The position numbers were made by a program, and so were the translations under genes. Of a stretch of DNA of 59,395 bases, positions 37,813-47,142 are shown piece by piece. The stretch spans positions 1-59,395 of IMG/VR virus record IMGVR_UViG_3300036884_000265; one strand, 5' to 3'. The stretch's first letter is position 1, and the number at the start of each line of letters is the position of its first letter. This DNA comes from a virus (taxonomy: Duplodnaviria > Caudoviricetes). The notes under the pieces are model-generated. The model saw only the letters and a program-made list of their open reading frames with translations. It had not been told where the DNA came from and did not search any database.

Positions 37813-38379
37813 ATGGCAAAAAAAGAAGCATCTGACAAAGAATTTGTACCGGAAACAGCAGCACCAGCAGCAAATGAGTTTACCCCCGAAGGGGATGTTG
37901 GTATTGGAGCAGACTTTGATCTTACCGCTGAGTTCAAACCGTTTCCATTAGTCCCGAATGGAACTTATCATGGCTCAGTAACAAACGTCTCATTTGACCC
38001 CGAGAAGCAAGTAATTAATTGGCAGCTTACACTTAATGAAAATGGAGGCTTATGTAACGATGGTGAGACACCAGTTGATGGAGTTCAGTTAATGTTTAAT
38101 AATTGGCTTCCATTAGTTGGAGATGAAAATGTTACTGACCGCTCAGGAAGAGGTACAAAACGTCAGGCAAAAATCAATATGCTTTCACAATTTGCAGGTA
38201 ATATGAAAATTAATATGAACTCTGCAAAAATCATTTCTCAGGCAATTGTTAATAAGGAATGGATTGGTCTTGCCATTGATGCAAAGGTTAAAATTTCTGA
38301 GTATCAAGATGCAGTTACTAAAGTTGGAACAGGTCGTTTTAGGAATGATGTTGAACGTATGATTCAAAGAGTTAGTTAA
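37813..38379 (+). CDS. Single-stranded DNA-binding protein (DUF669-like)
   Basis: F.LVP.GTY...V..V...EY....RNDV OB-fold pattern; follows Sak4. Confidence 0.65.
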   Translation: MAKKEASDKEFVPETAAPAANEFTPEGDVGIGADFDLTAEFKPFPLVPNGTYHGSVTNVSFDPEKQVINWQLTLNENGGLCNDGETPVDGVQLMFNNWLPLVGDENVTDRSGRGTKRQAKINMLSQFAGNMKINMNSAKIISQAIVNKEWIGLAIDAKVKISEYQDAVTKVGTGRFRNDVERMIQRVS

Positions 38380-38426
38380 GTTAAAAACACCTCCGTGTTT
38401 GGAAATAAGCTAATTCAATGAATCAA

Positions 38427-38459
38427 GGATACGGGTGTAAAAAGCCCGTATCCACTTTT
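38427..38459 (+). terminator. Rho-independent terminator
   Basis: ggatacggg-tgtaaaaag-cccgtatcc followed by actttt. Confidence 0.8.
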
Positions 38460-38477
38460 AATTATTAAGGATAAAAA

Positions 38478-38660
38478 ATGCCTACATTTGGTAAGAATAA
38501 GGAATGTCCATTTAATAAGGAATGTTCAAACATTGCTTGCATTCATCGTACTGAACATAATGCTAATGTAAGTTGTGTATTAAGTTGTTGTAATCCTAAG
38601 ATATGTCCTTTTAAAAGTGTAAAAATAATTACAAGAAAGGTAATTAAAAAATGCGATTAG
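38478..38660 (+). CDS. Small Cys-rich protein
   Basis: Seven Cys in 60 aa. Confidence 0.55.
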   Translation: MPTFGKNKECPFNKECSNIACIHRTEHNANVSCVLSCCNPKICPFKSVKIITRKVIKKCD

Positions 38661-38902
38661 AGCAGACTTGCCCATTGTTTCTTAAAATGAATGAAGGTGA
38701 ACAAAGGGAGTTCTTTATAAAATATCGTAAGAAACGTGATGAGGATATTAATGCGTATTTAAGCTCGAAAATTAAACAGCCTAAACAAATTAAATTAAAC
38801 GAAAAAATAATTGCCTCGGTTACATTAACTGATGCTGAAAAATTGTTACTTAAGAAATTAGGAATTTCATTGAGTGAATTTAAAAAACTTAAAGGAGAAT
38901 AA
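38651..38902 (+). CDS. Hypothetical protein with C-terminal LTDAEKLLLKKLGI
   Basis: 83 aa, overlaps the upstream gene. Confidence 0.7.
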   Translation: MRLEQTCPLFLKMNEGEQREFFIKYRKKRDEDINAYLSSKIKQPKQIKLNEKIIASVTLTDAEKLLLKKLGISLSEFKKLKGE

Positions 38903-38904
38903 TT

Positions 38905-39132
38905 ATGTTCTATGCGAAGAGTAATGAAGAAGCAGATAAGAAATTAATGGAATTTGTTAGAGGAAGAAGTAAAAGGTTTATTTTTTGTCCTGTAATAAAT
39001 AACCAGTGTAATCCAAACTGCATATGTTATAATGACCCAAGAACTGTGTATAAAAATGATGTATTAATATATGTATATGAGTGGAGATGTTCATATGTTT
39101 TAATATCAGGAGAACTTGACATAAATCAATAA
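38905..39132 (+). CDS. Small Cys-rich protein
   Basis: FCP.I...C...C.CY...C; AGGAG RBS. Confidence 0.7.
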   Translation: MFYAKSNEEADKKLMEFVRGRSKRFIFCPVINNQCNPNCICYNDPRTVYKNDVLIYVYEWRCSYVLISGELDINQ

Positions 39133-39152
39133 GAAAAAATGGAGGAACAAAA

Positions 39153-40493
39153 TTGAACGAGATTTTTGAGCTTAAAACAGATAAAATAATAATTAATGAA
39201 GATTTACCCCGCATAAGACAAGACATGCAGAAAATAAATGCGCTTGCCGAATCATTTAAGCGTTTTGGTCAACTTCAGCCAATTATAATTAATCGAGATT
39301 ATGAATTAATTGTTGGAGGAAGACGTTTAGCCGCTTGTGTAATAAGTGGAGTGAAAGTTAAGTGTTGTTTCAATGATGCAATTGATAAGGATGTTATGCG
39401 GGAACTGGAGATTGAGGAGAATTTACAGAGGGAAAATTTTACACCTGCTGAAGAAGTATTAGCTATTGAAGAATTACATAGAATTAAGACTGCCCGTTTT
39501 GGAGAAGCTAAACTTGGTAGACCAGGAGTAGAATTTGAAGGTGAAGATAAAGATAAAGGATGGAGGGTTGAGGATACTGCTGAAGTAATGGGTAAGACTG
39601 AAGGTAACATACGGGCAGCATTAAAAATGGCAGAAATGGTTAGACAATTTCCTGAGCTTAAAGGCGCAAAAACTAAGAAGGATATTGTCCGGGCAGCTAA
39701 GGGGCTTGAACAAGTTGTAAGACGCATTGATGCAATTGATAAGTATAAAGATATGACTAAGGAAATTGAAATTCCAGTAATTATATCAAGGGCTGATGCA
39801 AGAGATTTTATGAAGGAAATTCCTACGAAGAATGTTGACTTATTATTAACTGATCCAATTTACGGAATTGACATTGATGAGGTTGCAATGGGTTTAGGTG
39901 GAGAAACTGGAGGTAGTTTAACAACATCAGGTTTTAATTATGAAGATAAACATGATGAAGCAATGGATTTATATGAAATCTTAGCTAATGAATCATTTCG
40001 CTTTTGTAAGGATGATGCTCATGCTTGGGTGTTTCTTGGTCCTGAGAATTTTTGGGTGGTAAAGGAAATATTCCAAAAAGCAGGTTGGCTTGTTCATGTT
40101 AAGCCATTTATATGGATTAAGGGGATGAGTGGTCAAGGTAATCAACCAAGTATGTGGCCAACTTCAGCTTATGAAATGTGTTTATTTGCAAGAAAACATG
40201 AGTCAAAATTAGTTATTGAGGGAAAGGTGGACTGGATACAATTACCAAGAATTAATCCCAATGAAAAAAGGCATGGAGCTGAAAAACCATTAGCATTAGG
40301 AAGGGAATTAATTTTAAGAACAACCTTACCTGGTATGATTATGGCAGATCCATTTATGGGAAGTGGATCATTTGTTGAGGCCGCTTGTGATGCTAAGTTG
40401 GCAGTGTTAGCTTGTGATATTACAATGGAAAGTTATGCTACAACAATTGAGAGGATTGGTAAATGGAAGGAAAGGAGGGATGCTGAAAAATGA
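39153..40493 (+). CDS. ParB-N domain fused to a beta-class N6A/N4C DNA methyltransferase
   Basis: N-terminal LA.S..RFGQLQPI...LIVGGRRL.A...EENLQRE then an HTH; C-terminal TDPIYG (DPPY variant), H..EKP and DPFMGSGS. Confidence 0.85.
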   Translation: MNEIFELKTDKIIINEDLPRIRQDMQKINALAESFKRFGQLQPIIINRDYELIVGGRRLAACVISGVKVKCCFNDAIDKDVMRELEIEENLQRENFTPAEEVLAIEELHRIKTARFGEAKLGRPGVEFEGEDKDKGWRVEDTAEVMGKTEGNIRAALKMAEMVRQFPELKGAKTKKDIVRAAKGLEQVVRRIDAIDKYKDMTKEIEIPVIISRADARDFMKEIPTKNVDLLLTDPIYGIDIDEVAMGLGGETGGSLTTSGFNYEDKHDEAMDLYEILANESFRFCKDDAHAWVFLGPENFWVVKEIFQKAGWLVHVKPFIWIKGMSGQGNQPSMWPTSAYEMCLFARKHESKLVIEGKVDWIQLPRINPNEKRHGAEKPLALGRELILRTTLPGMIMADPFMGSGSFVEAACDAKLAVLACDITMESYATTIERIGKWKERRDAEK

Positions 40494-40653
40494 TTGAAAT
40501 GAATGAAGAAGAAAAGAAGGAATTTTGGGCTTGGTTTTTCAATACTAAGTGTAATCATGAGCAGGAATTGTTTAAGTTAAGCTGTGCTGTTGGTCAATTT
40601 GAAGCAGTTGAGGAAATGAAAAGGATTTATTTAAAGGAGAAGGAGGATTTAAA

Positions 40654-40902
40654 ATGATAAGTAAAAATAAATTAATGATGAGAATTGTACAATTAGAAGC
40701 GGATGATATTAAACAAACAGGAGAAAATAACTTAGTATACAATGAAATACAGGGAAATAAACATGCAATACTTAGTATTAAACAACAAATTGATGCGTTA
40801 TGCCGCTATCTTAAAATAAATATGCGTGCTGTACTACCTACAGAAAACATTTGTTATATTTGTGTAAAGAAAGATATAATTAAGAAGAGGAATAAAAAAT
40901 GA
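40654..40902 (+). CDS. Hypothetical protein
   Basis: AGGAGG RBS, 82 aa. Confidence 0.65.
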   Translation: MISKNKLMMRIVQLEADDIKQTGENNLVYNEIQGNKHAILSIKQQIDALCRYLKINMRAVLPTENICYICVKKDIIKKRNKK

Positions 40903-41015
40903 AGATTGAACACTTAATGGATATTTTAGTAACATTTTGTATTTGTATAACAACTTTAAGCGTAACTGCACTTATTGTTATAGTTATAATTAAATTAATA
41001 AGGAGTATTTAATTT

Positions 41016-43406
41016 ATGTATGTTCCAATTGTGGGGCCAAGTAATGCTAAGATAATGTTTGTTGGAGAAGCGCCGGGTGAGCATGAATCAGCTGAAGGTA
41101 AGCCATTTTCCTCAATTGCTCCTGCTGGTAAAACACTTAATTGGTTATTAAGTCAAGCAGGAATTAATCGAGCTGAGTGTTTAGTTGGAAATGTGGCAAG
41201 GTTGCGCCCACCTCAGAACCGTATGGATTTTTACTTCCGTGATAAGGAATGTACAATTCCTAAGCCTGAATTAGAAGGATGGATTGCTGAGTTGAAGCAA
41301 GACATTGAAAAGTTCAGACCAAATATTGTAGTTGGATTAGGTGCTTATGCATTATGGGCCTTAACTGGTGAGAAATACATTGGAAGATTTCGTGGTTACA
41401 CGATGGAGTCAACATTAGTTCCAGGGCAAAAGGTCTTATGTACTTACCATCCAAGTAATATTAATCGAGAATGGAAGAATTTCTTTCCTGCAATAATGGA
41501 TCTTAAGAAAGCTAAGTTTCATTCTCAGTCAACTAAATTACCCCAGGACAGCCGAACGATTATTTACAATGCACCAAGGAATCAATTCATTCAATATTGT
41601 AAAGATATGCTTGAATCTTCTGAGTATAAAAGAATTGCAATTGATGTTGAAACAATTCAGCCAGGATGTCATATCTCAATTATAGGCTTAAGCCATGCAG
41701 CTAAATATGCAATTTCAACTTGGGTAGTAAATGGAAGCCCGTGTTATCCTGAAAACGATGAATTTGAGTTGTGGTATTGGCTTGCTCAGTTACTTGAAAA
41801 TAAGGAAATAATTATTCACAATGCTTCATTTGATGCAGTTATTGCATTACTTAATCATGGTATTTATATTAAGAATTTATTTATGGATACATTGATTGCT
41901 GCTCACATAATATGGCCTGAGTTACCAAGGGATTTAGGTTTCTTAAGTTCATTATGCTTAGATGTTCCATCTTGGAAAAGTTTATCAAAACAACAACCAT
42001 CTTATTATAACGCTAATGATGTAGCTAATACGTTTGGGATTGCTCAGGTATTTGAGAAGAAACTTAAGGAATCAAAACAACTTCAAGATACGTATAATTT
42101 TGAGATGAGACAATTGCCTGTCGCCATGATGCTTCAAATACAAGGAACACTTATTGATCAAGATAAGAAAAGTGAATTGATTGCAAATACACAAGAAATA
42201 ATTGATACAACGGAAGAACAACTTGAGAAATTATTTGGTAAGAAAATTAATTACCGCTCACCTACTCAAATGCAAGATTTATTGTATAATGAACTTAATT
42301 TGCCGGTTCAATATAAGCGAAGGAAGAATAAAGATGATAAACAAACAATTTCAACAGATAAAAATTCACTTAAGAAATTAGAACAATTGGCCCCGGATAA
42401 TCCTATGTTTAAGTTAATTCTTGAGCATAAGAAGAATTTGACACTGATGAATTTTTTGGATCTTGAATTAAGTCCAGAAGGAAAGGTACATACATCTTAT
42501 AACATTACAGGGAAGAAAATAGATGCTAAAGACATTGACGATGAAGGAAGAAAATCATTCGGGAGATGGAGTTCAAGCGAATCAATTATCTTACCATTTG
42601 GATCAGGTAATTTACAAAACATTCCTGAATCTGCAAGACAAATGTATGTTGCACCAAAAGGTTATCGTATTATAACTGCAGATTATATCCAAGCTGAAGC
42701 AGTAGTGGTCGCTTATCTAAGTAATGATCGGCGTTTAATTTCATTATTCAAGGATTCGTTTGGGATGAAAACTTCTGAGCGTAAAAAACACAGGGAATTT
42801 GATGTTCATATGATTAAGGCAGCTGATTTATTTGATGTTGATTTAAGCTTGGTTACAAAAGAACAAAGGGATATTGGAAAAAGAGTAAGACATGCAAGAA
42901 ATTATGATATGGGAGCAAATACCTTAGCAATACAATTAGGCTGTTCGGTAAGTAGAGCTAAGGAATTAATTAAAAAAGATAATCTTGCAAATCCACTACT
43001 TAAATTATGGCAAGAATCAATTGTTGAGGAGTTAAGACAAACACGAACCTTAACTAATTTATTTGGAAGGGTTCATCGGTTTCTTGAAAGATGGGGAGAC
43101 TCGTTGTTTAAATCAGCATATTCATATAAACCTCAATCAACAGTTGGTGATTTACTTAACCATTCAATTGTAAGAATGTATGAAAATGATGAGTTTGTTA
43201 AGGATTTTCAAATATGGCTTCAACTTCATGATGCAGTTTATGTTTTAGTTCCAGATAATGATGATACAATGTATAAGGCAATGCAAATGATGAGGAAACA
43301 TATGATTGAGAAGGTTAATGTTAATCATGAAGTTATGATGATTGATGTTGACTTTAAATGGGGTTACAACTGGGGAAACTTAAAGGAGATTGATTATGAA
43401 GGCTAA
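41016..43406 (+). CDS. polA: Family A DNA polymerase with N-terminal uracil-DNA glycosylase (family 4-like) and 3'-5' exonuclease domains
   Basis: GEAPG..E...G.PF, RPP.NR, TYHPS (UDG); DVET, HNASFD, YNANDV (exo); GRWSS, NLQNIP, ADYIQAE, R..GK...HARNY, QLHD (pol). Confidence 0.92.
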   Translation: MYVPIVGPSNAKIMFVGEAPGEHESAEGKPFSSIAPAGKTLNWLLSQAGINRAECLVGNVARLRPPQNRMDFYFRDKECTIPKPELEGWIAELKQDIEKFRPNIVVGLGAYALWALTGEKYIGRFRGYTMESTLVPGQKVLCTYHPSNINREWKNFFPAIMDLKKAKFHSQSTKLPQDSRTIIYNAPRNQFIQYCKDMLESSEYKRIAIDVETIQPGCHISIIGLSHAAKYAISTWVVNGSPCYPENDEFELWYWLAQLLENKEIIIHNASFDAVIALLNHGIYIKNLFMDTLIAAHIIWPELPRDLGFLSSLCLDVPSWKSLSKQQPSYYNANDVANTFGIAQVFEKKLKESKQLQDTYNFEMRQLPVAMMLQIQGTLIDQDKKSELIANTQEIIDTTEEQLEKLFGKKINYRSPTQMQDLLYNELNLPVQYKRRKNKDDKQTISTDKNSLKKLEQLAPDNPMFKLILEHKKNLTLMNFLDLELSPEGKVHTSYNITGKKIDAKDIDDEGRKSFGRWSSSESIILPFGSGNLQNIPESARQMYVAPKGYRIITADYIQAEAVVVAYLSNDRRLISLFKDSFGMKTSERKKHREFDVHMIKAADLFDVDLSLVTKEQRDIGKRVRHARNYDMGANTLAIQLGCSVSRAKELIKKDNLANPLLKLWQESIVEELRQTRTLTNLFGRVHRFLERWGDSLFKSAYSYKPQSTVGDLLNHSIVRMYENDEFVKDFQIWLQLHDAVYVLVPDNDDTMYKAMQMMRKHMIEKVNVNHEVMMIDVDFKWGYNWGNLKEIDYEG

Positions 43407-43761
43407 AGTTGTTTTTATCGCTCATCCCATAAGTGGAGATGTTAAGGGAAACCTTGAAAAAATAGCAAATATCATAAGAAATATTAATATACTAAGAGAT
43501 AATGTTATTCCATTTGCACCTTATTTTAGTGATTGTGTTGCCTTAAATGATAAAAATAAATGGGAAAGGGAACGAGGAATTAAAAATACTGAGTATTTTT
43601 TTAGGCTGGGAATAATTGATGAACTTTGGTTATATGGAGATGTAATTACGAATGGAATGAAAAGTGAAATTTTGTTAGCTAAAGAATTAAACATACCGAT
43701 AATTCCTCAATCAGTATCAATCTCAAATGAAATGGTAAGAGAAGTCCTCAATGGCAGATAG
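43396..43761 (+). CDS. DUF4406 / nucleoside-deoxyribosyltransferase-like protein
   Basis: VFIAHPISG..N...PFAP...DELWLYG..ITNGM..EI.LA. Confidence 0.7.
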   Translation: MKAKVVFIAHPISGDVKGNLEKIANIIRNINILRDNVIPFAPYFSDCVALNDKNKWERERGIKNTEYFFRLGIIDELWLYGDVITNGMKSEILLAKELNIPIIPQSVSISNEMVREVLNGR

Positions 43762-45025
43762 AAAATTGAAGGATTGGATTAAAAGTTACATGGATTGGAC
43801 TGAGGACACTGAACCAGCAAGGATATTCCAAAAATGGACCGGGTTGTCAATTATTGCTGGTGCATTAAGGAAAAAGGTTTGTTTATCATTAGGCCGATTA
43901 AGGGTATATCCGAATTTATACTTAGTTTTTGTTGCAGAACCTGGACGAGCAAGGAAAACTCAAGCAATTGATTTTGGAGTTTCAGTTATGAATGATATAT
44001 CTGAATTAAATATGAGTGCAGATACAACATCCAAGGAAGCCCTTATTCAAGATATGGAAGATTTTGGGGCTGATGAACAAATGCCTGATGGAACATTATT
44101 CAAACATTGTTCAGTAAATATAATATCAAGGGAATTTGAATCATTCTTAGGGCAGAAAAAAGAAAACACAAAAATGGTTGTTTTTTTAACAGATTTATTT
44201 GATGCAAAGGAAATACCTTGGAGATATAGAACTAAAACTTCAGGCTCAAATAAACTTGCTTCACCATTTCTTAACTTATTAGCCGCAACAACACCTGACT
44301 CAATTGCATCATGTCTACCAAGTTCAGCAATTGGTGGAGGTTTAACATCTAGAATGTTATTTATATGGGCTGATTGTAAGTATAAAAAAGTTGCACTACC
44401 CCAGAATACATCTGCAGTATTAAAACTAAGACAACATTTAGTTGATGACTTATTTCAAATATCAAGGATTGTAGGAAATTATGAGTTTTCAAAAAGTGGA
44501 AGCGAAAAATGGGTTACTTGGTATAATGATTATGATGAAGATAATCTTAATCGTTTATGTAAAGATCCAACATTCAATGGATGGTACTCAAGAAAGCCAA
44601 TGTATATACTTAAGGTTGCTCAAGCATTTGCAGCAGCTAAAACAAATAAATTAATAATGGAATGGGATTATATTGCTGAGTCTATTGAAGCAATTGAAGA
44701 AATTGAAAAGGACATGACTCAGGTATTTAGGGCAGTTGGTAAATCACAGGTTACATCGGAAGTTGATATGCTTATGCAGATTATAAAACAAAGGAGGGCT
44801 ATTGATGAAAAAGCACTGAAGAACTTAGTTTGGAGAGATATGGATGCAAGTAAATTTGATAATGTAATTGCTACAGTTACAGGGACAGGGAAGTTTGAGC
44901 GTAAATTTCAAGGACCTAAAGGAGAACAAGGAGTTTGGTATTATGATTCTGAGTATTATAATCAATTAGTTAAGGAATATGAAGTTAAAAAACTTAATAA
45001 GGGAGAACAAAATGAAAAAGCTTGA
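43751..45025 (+). CDS. DUF3987-like replicative helicase (P-loop)
   Basis: PNLYLVFVAEPGRARKT, E.ESFLG, LTDLFD, NLLAATTP, GGGLTSRM.F. Confidence 0.75.
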   Translation: MADRKLKDWIKSYMDWTEDTEPARIFQKWTGLSIIAGALRKKVCLSLGRLRVYPNLYLVFVAEPGRARKTQAIDFGVSVMNDISELNMSADTTSKEALIQDMEDFGADEQMPDGTLFKHCSVNIISREFESFLGQKKENTKMVVFLTDLFDAKEIPWRYRTKTSGSNKLASPFLNLLAATTPDSIASCLPSSAIGGGLTSRMLFIWADCKYKKVALPQNTSAVLKLRQHLVDDLFQISRIVGNYEFSKSGSEKWVTWYNDYDEDNLNRLCKDPTFNGWYSRKPMYILKVAQAFAAAKTNKLIMEWDYIAESIEAIEEIEKDMTQVFRAVGKSQVTSEVDMLMQIIKQRRAIDEKALKNLVWRDMDASKFDNVIATVTGTGKFERKFQGPKGEQGVWYYDSEYYNQLVKEYEVKKLNKGEQNEKA

Positions 45026-45197
45026 TAAAGTTTTATGTTTAGTTAAGGAAAGATTTCCTGATGCCTCATATCTTAATATTGCAATTGATCCAGAGGGAAT
45101 GGAAACTAAAGTAACCTTCCATAATGGACATAAAGATGAAGATACAAGGCGAATAGGCTTAAATGGAGAACCACTAAATGAAAAGGAAGGTGATTAA
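45012..45197 (+). CDS. Hypothetical protein
   Basis: Start ATG 45012 (GGAG RBS). Confidence 0.6.
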   Translation: MKKLDKVLCLVKERFPDASYLNIAIDPEGMETKVTFHNGHKDEDTRRIGLNGEPLNEKEGD

Positions 45198-45379
45198 TGC
45201 AAATCAAGTATGATGCAAAAATTGTAGCATTGAATGAAGTAAGTTTTTCGTGGAATCCAGATGACTCAAAAGCAGTGGAAGCACAAGTAACAAAAATAAT
45301 AAAACAGTTACGATTAACGATTGGAGATGTTGTTAAGGTAACACTTGAAGTAGGACCAAGTATTGAACTTAAGAATTAA
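45197..45379 (+). CDS. Hypothetical protein
   Basis: Coupled TAATG; 60 aa. Confidence 0.6.
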   Translation: MQIKYDAKIVALNEVSFSWNPDDSKAVEAQVTKIIKQLRLTIGDVVKVTLEVGPSIELKN

Positions 45380-45398
45380 ATTAAAAAGGAGGCAGCAA

Positions 45399-46055
45399 AT
45401 GAATAAAAGAATCGTAGTGATCGCAACAATCATGTTTTTGATGTTTGCACCAATGGCAATGGCGTGTGATATTGAAGCTCAATGTGAGGGACCCTGCGGC
45501 AAGGTAATTCAACCTGGTCAGCAAAGCCCTGTCACAGTCAGTCAGTCACAAAGTGAAAGCCTGGCTCAGGGACAGCAGTTTACATTAGCCTTGACAGGTG
45601 ATGAAAGAGATTTTCTCCCATCACCCGTGGTTATCCCTATTCAACCGGTTCCTATGCAGGGAGGAAGTCAAGAAAATTATACCCCTTATCTCCCCAAGTT
45701 TGCAGACCCTATGCTTCAACCGTTCAACTTCAGCACAGATGTAGTTGTAAAGCAGTTAGACATATTTAACGGAAAATGGTTGTTCGGCCTGTTTGGCAAC
45801 ATTACCCAGGATGAATTATGGGGCAAATTACTCAGCCTCCCTGGTAATTACAAAAGCTATCCTCAGGATAAAATAAGGATACAAGTCCAGGTAAGCTCGT
45901 CAAGCGTGGAGAATGGAATAGGTGGTGGTGGAAGCGGCGGGTCGTCGGTCATGAACGCCAGCAATGCAGTATCAGGATCAGCGTCCATATTACCTCATCA
46001 TACCAGATGGACAAAGGATGATACCTTTTTAATTCGCGTATTGCTCATTCAGTGA
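45399..46055 (+). CDS. Exported protein with signal peptide
   Basis: Start ATG 45399 (AGGAGG); MNKRIVVIATIMFLMFAPMAMA|C. Confidence 0.7.
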   Translation: MNKRIVVIATIMFLMFAPMAMACDIEAQCEGPCGKVIQPGQQSPVTVSQSQSESLAQGQQFTLALTGDERDFLPSPVVIPIQPVPMQGGSQENYTPYLPKFADPMLQPFNFSTDVVVKQLDIFNGKWLFGLFGNITQDELWGKLLSLPGNYKSYPQDKIRIQVQVSSSSVENGIGGGGSGGSSVMNASNAVSGSASILPHHTRWTKDDTFLIRVLLIQ

Positions 46056-46065
46056 GGAGGGGTAC

Positions 46066-46260
46066 ATGGCTAAGACACATATAATTTTGCATGTTGTTAT
46101 GGATTGGGAGTTGGGCAGGTCAGAACTCAATAATCTGTTTGACGACTCCACCATCCATCTGCCAAACGGACAAGATTTAAGAAACCCGCGAACATGAGAA
46201 CTGCCAGATATCATCGACTGTATGATGATAATACCAGAAGATATTTTAGTTGTTCAATAA
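46066..46260 (+). pseudogene. 64-codon gene with in-frame TGA at 46195-46197
   Basis: GAGGAGG RBS; MAKTHIILHVVMDWELGRSELNNLFDDSTIHLPNGQDLRNPRT*ELPDIIDCMMIIPEDILVVQ, ending at a TAA that abuts the next RBS. Confidence 0.5.
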
Positions 46261-46274
46261 AAGGAGAGTAAAAA

Positions 46275-46538
46275 ATGATAAAAATTATATTTGTAGCAAT
46301 CTTATATGTATTACTTACTATATCGTTCGTTAATGCTCAAATAATTCCATCGACACCTGCAACACATGCATTAACTCAGCCAACATTGGAACAGCTTACA
46401 ACTGAGCAAGATAGGGACTTAGCAAGGTGGCAAGTTATTCAATATCAGGCAAGGGACTTGCAAAATACAATTCAGGAAAGGGATGCTCAGATTAAGAAAT
46501 TGCAGGAAGCTAATAAACCTAAGACTGAAAAGAAGTAG
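46275..46538 (+). CDS. Exported coiled-coil protein
   Basis: Signal peptide MIKIIFVAILYVLLTISFVNA|Q; last gene of the rightward arm. Confidence 0.75.
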   Translation: MIKIIFVAILYVLLTISFVNAQIIPSTPATHALTQPTLEQLTTEQDRDLARWQVIQYQARDLQNTIQERDAQIKKLQEANKPKTEKK

Positions 46539-46546
46539 ATAATAAA

Positions 46547-46598
46547 TGGAGATTAGTGTAATTATATTTAAATACCGTAATAATTACGCTAATCTCCA
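46547..46598. terminator. 19-bp inverted repeat at the convergence of the arms, containing palindromic element copy 8 (core 46576-46588)
   Basis: tggagattagtgtaattat ... ataattacgctaatctcca (one G-U pair); the left arm is a half-copy of the element. Confidence 0.75.
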
Positions 46599-46623
46599 AT
46601 CCTCAAATAACCTACTTAAATTG

Positions 46624-46884
46624 CTACAGTGCCGTTGCGGTTTCCGTGTTCGCTGTATCAATAGCCGTCTCATCTTCCGTTAATGATGCCTTGACTGTTG
46701 CAAGCTGGTCTTCAAGTGCCTTGATCTGATCGGGATATGTCCCGACAGCCGCCTTGAGGTCTGCAACTTCCTTGATTATCGCTTCCACGTTCTTTAACAA
46801 CAGGTCTGTTTTCTCTGACATTTTTATCACCACCTTTAAAAGTCGTTCATCGAATAACTGTTCGATACGTTCAAAAATATCCAT
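46624..46884 (-). CDS. Coiled-coil protein at the end of the lysis cassette
   Basis: Heptad pattern; the start may be ATG 46822. Confidence 0.6.
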   Translation of the reverse strand: MDIFERIEQLFDERLLKVVIKMSEKTDLLLKNVEAIIKEVADLKAAVGTYPDQIKALEDQLATVKASLTEDETAIDTANTETATAL

Positions 46885-46887
46885 GGC

Positions 46888-47142
46888 CTATTCCTTTTTA
46901 TCTACTACTTGTTTGTTTTCTTCTAACGTAGATTTCGTGATGTCTGAAGCCTGTACCATCGGCGTGGCCTGTTTGGTAACACCACCTGTGACATTCCAAT
47001 CCTTAGAAAAAATACCTAACAATGCGGTAAACATGGCGGCCCCTGAAAAGAATATAGCTTGATATTTAGGAAAAGCTTGGGAAAGGAATGTGCATACCGC
47101 AGCACACACACCAAAGATTGTTGTCCATTTACTCTTGTTCAT
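46888..47142 (-). CDS. Holin-like protein (2 TM)
   Basis: WTTIFG..., two hydrophobic segments, G.FSKD.NVTGG, charged tail. Confidence 0.65.
   Translation of the reverse strand: MNKSKWTTIFGVCAAVCTFLSQAFPKYQAIFFSGAAMFTALLGIFSKDWNVTGGVTKQATPMVQASDITKSTLEENKQVVDKKE

Noticed and set aside
19789-45398. Track start codons at 19845, 26341, 27967, 29262, 31468, 32257, 33203, 33504, 43390, 44979 and 45363
   Set aside because: These upstream extensions overlap neighbouring genes or RNA elements; downstream ATGs mostly have clearer Shine-Dalgarno sequences and were used instead.
25637-46623. Temperate (integrating) or plasmid-prophage module
   Set aside because: No tyrosine or serine integrase, CI-like repressor, ParA or plasmid Rep motifs were recognised; a highly divergent gene cannot be excluded.
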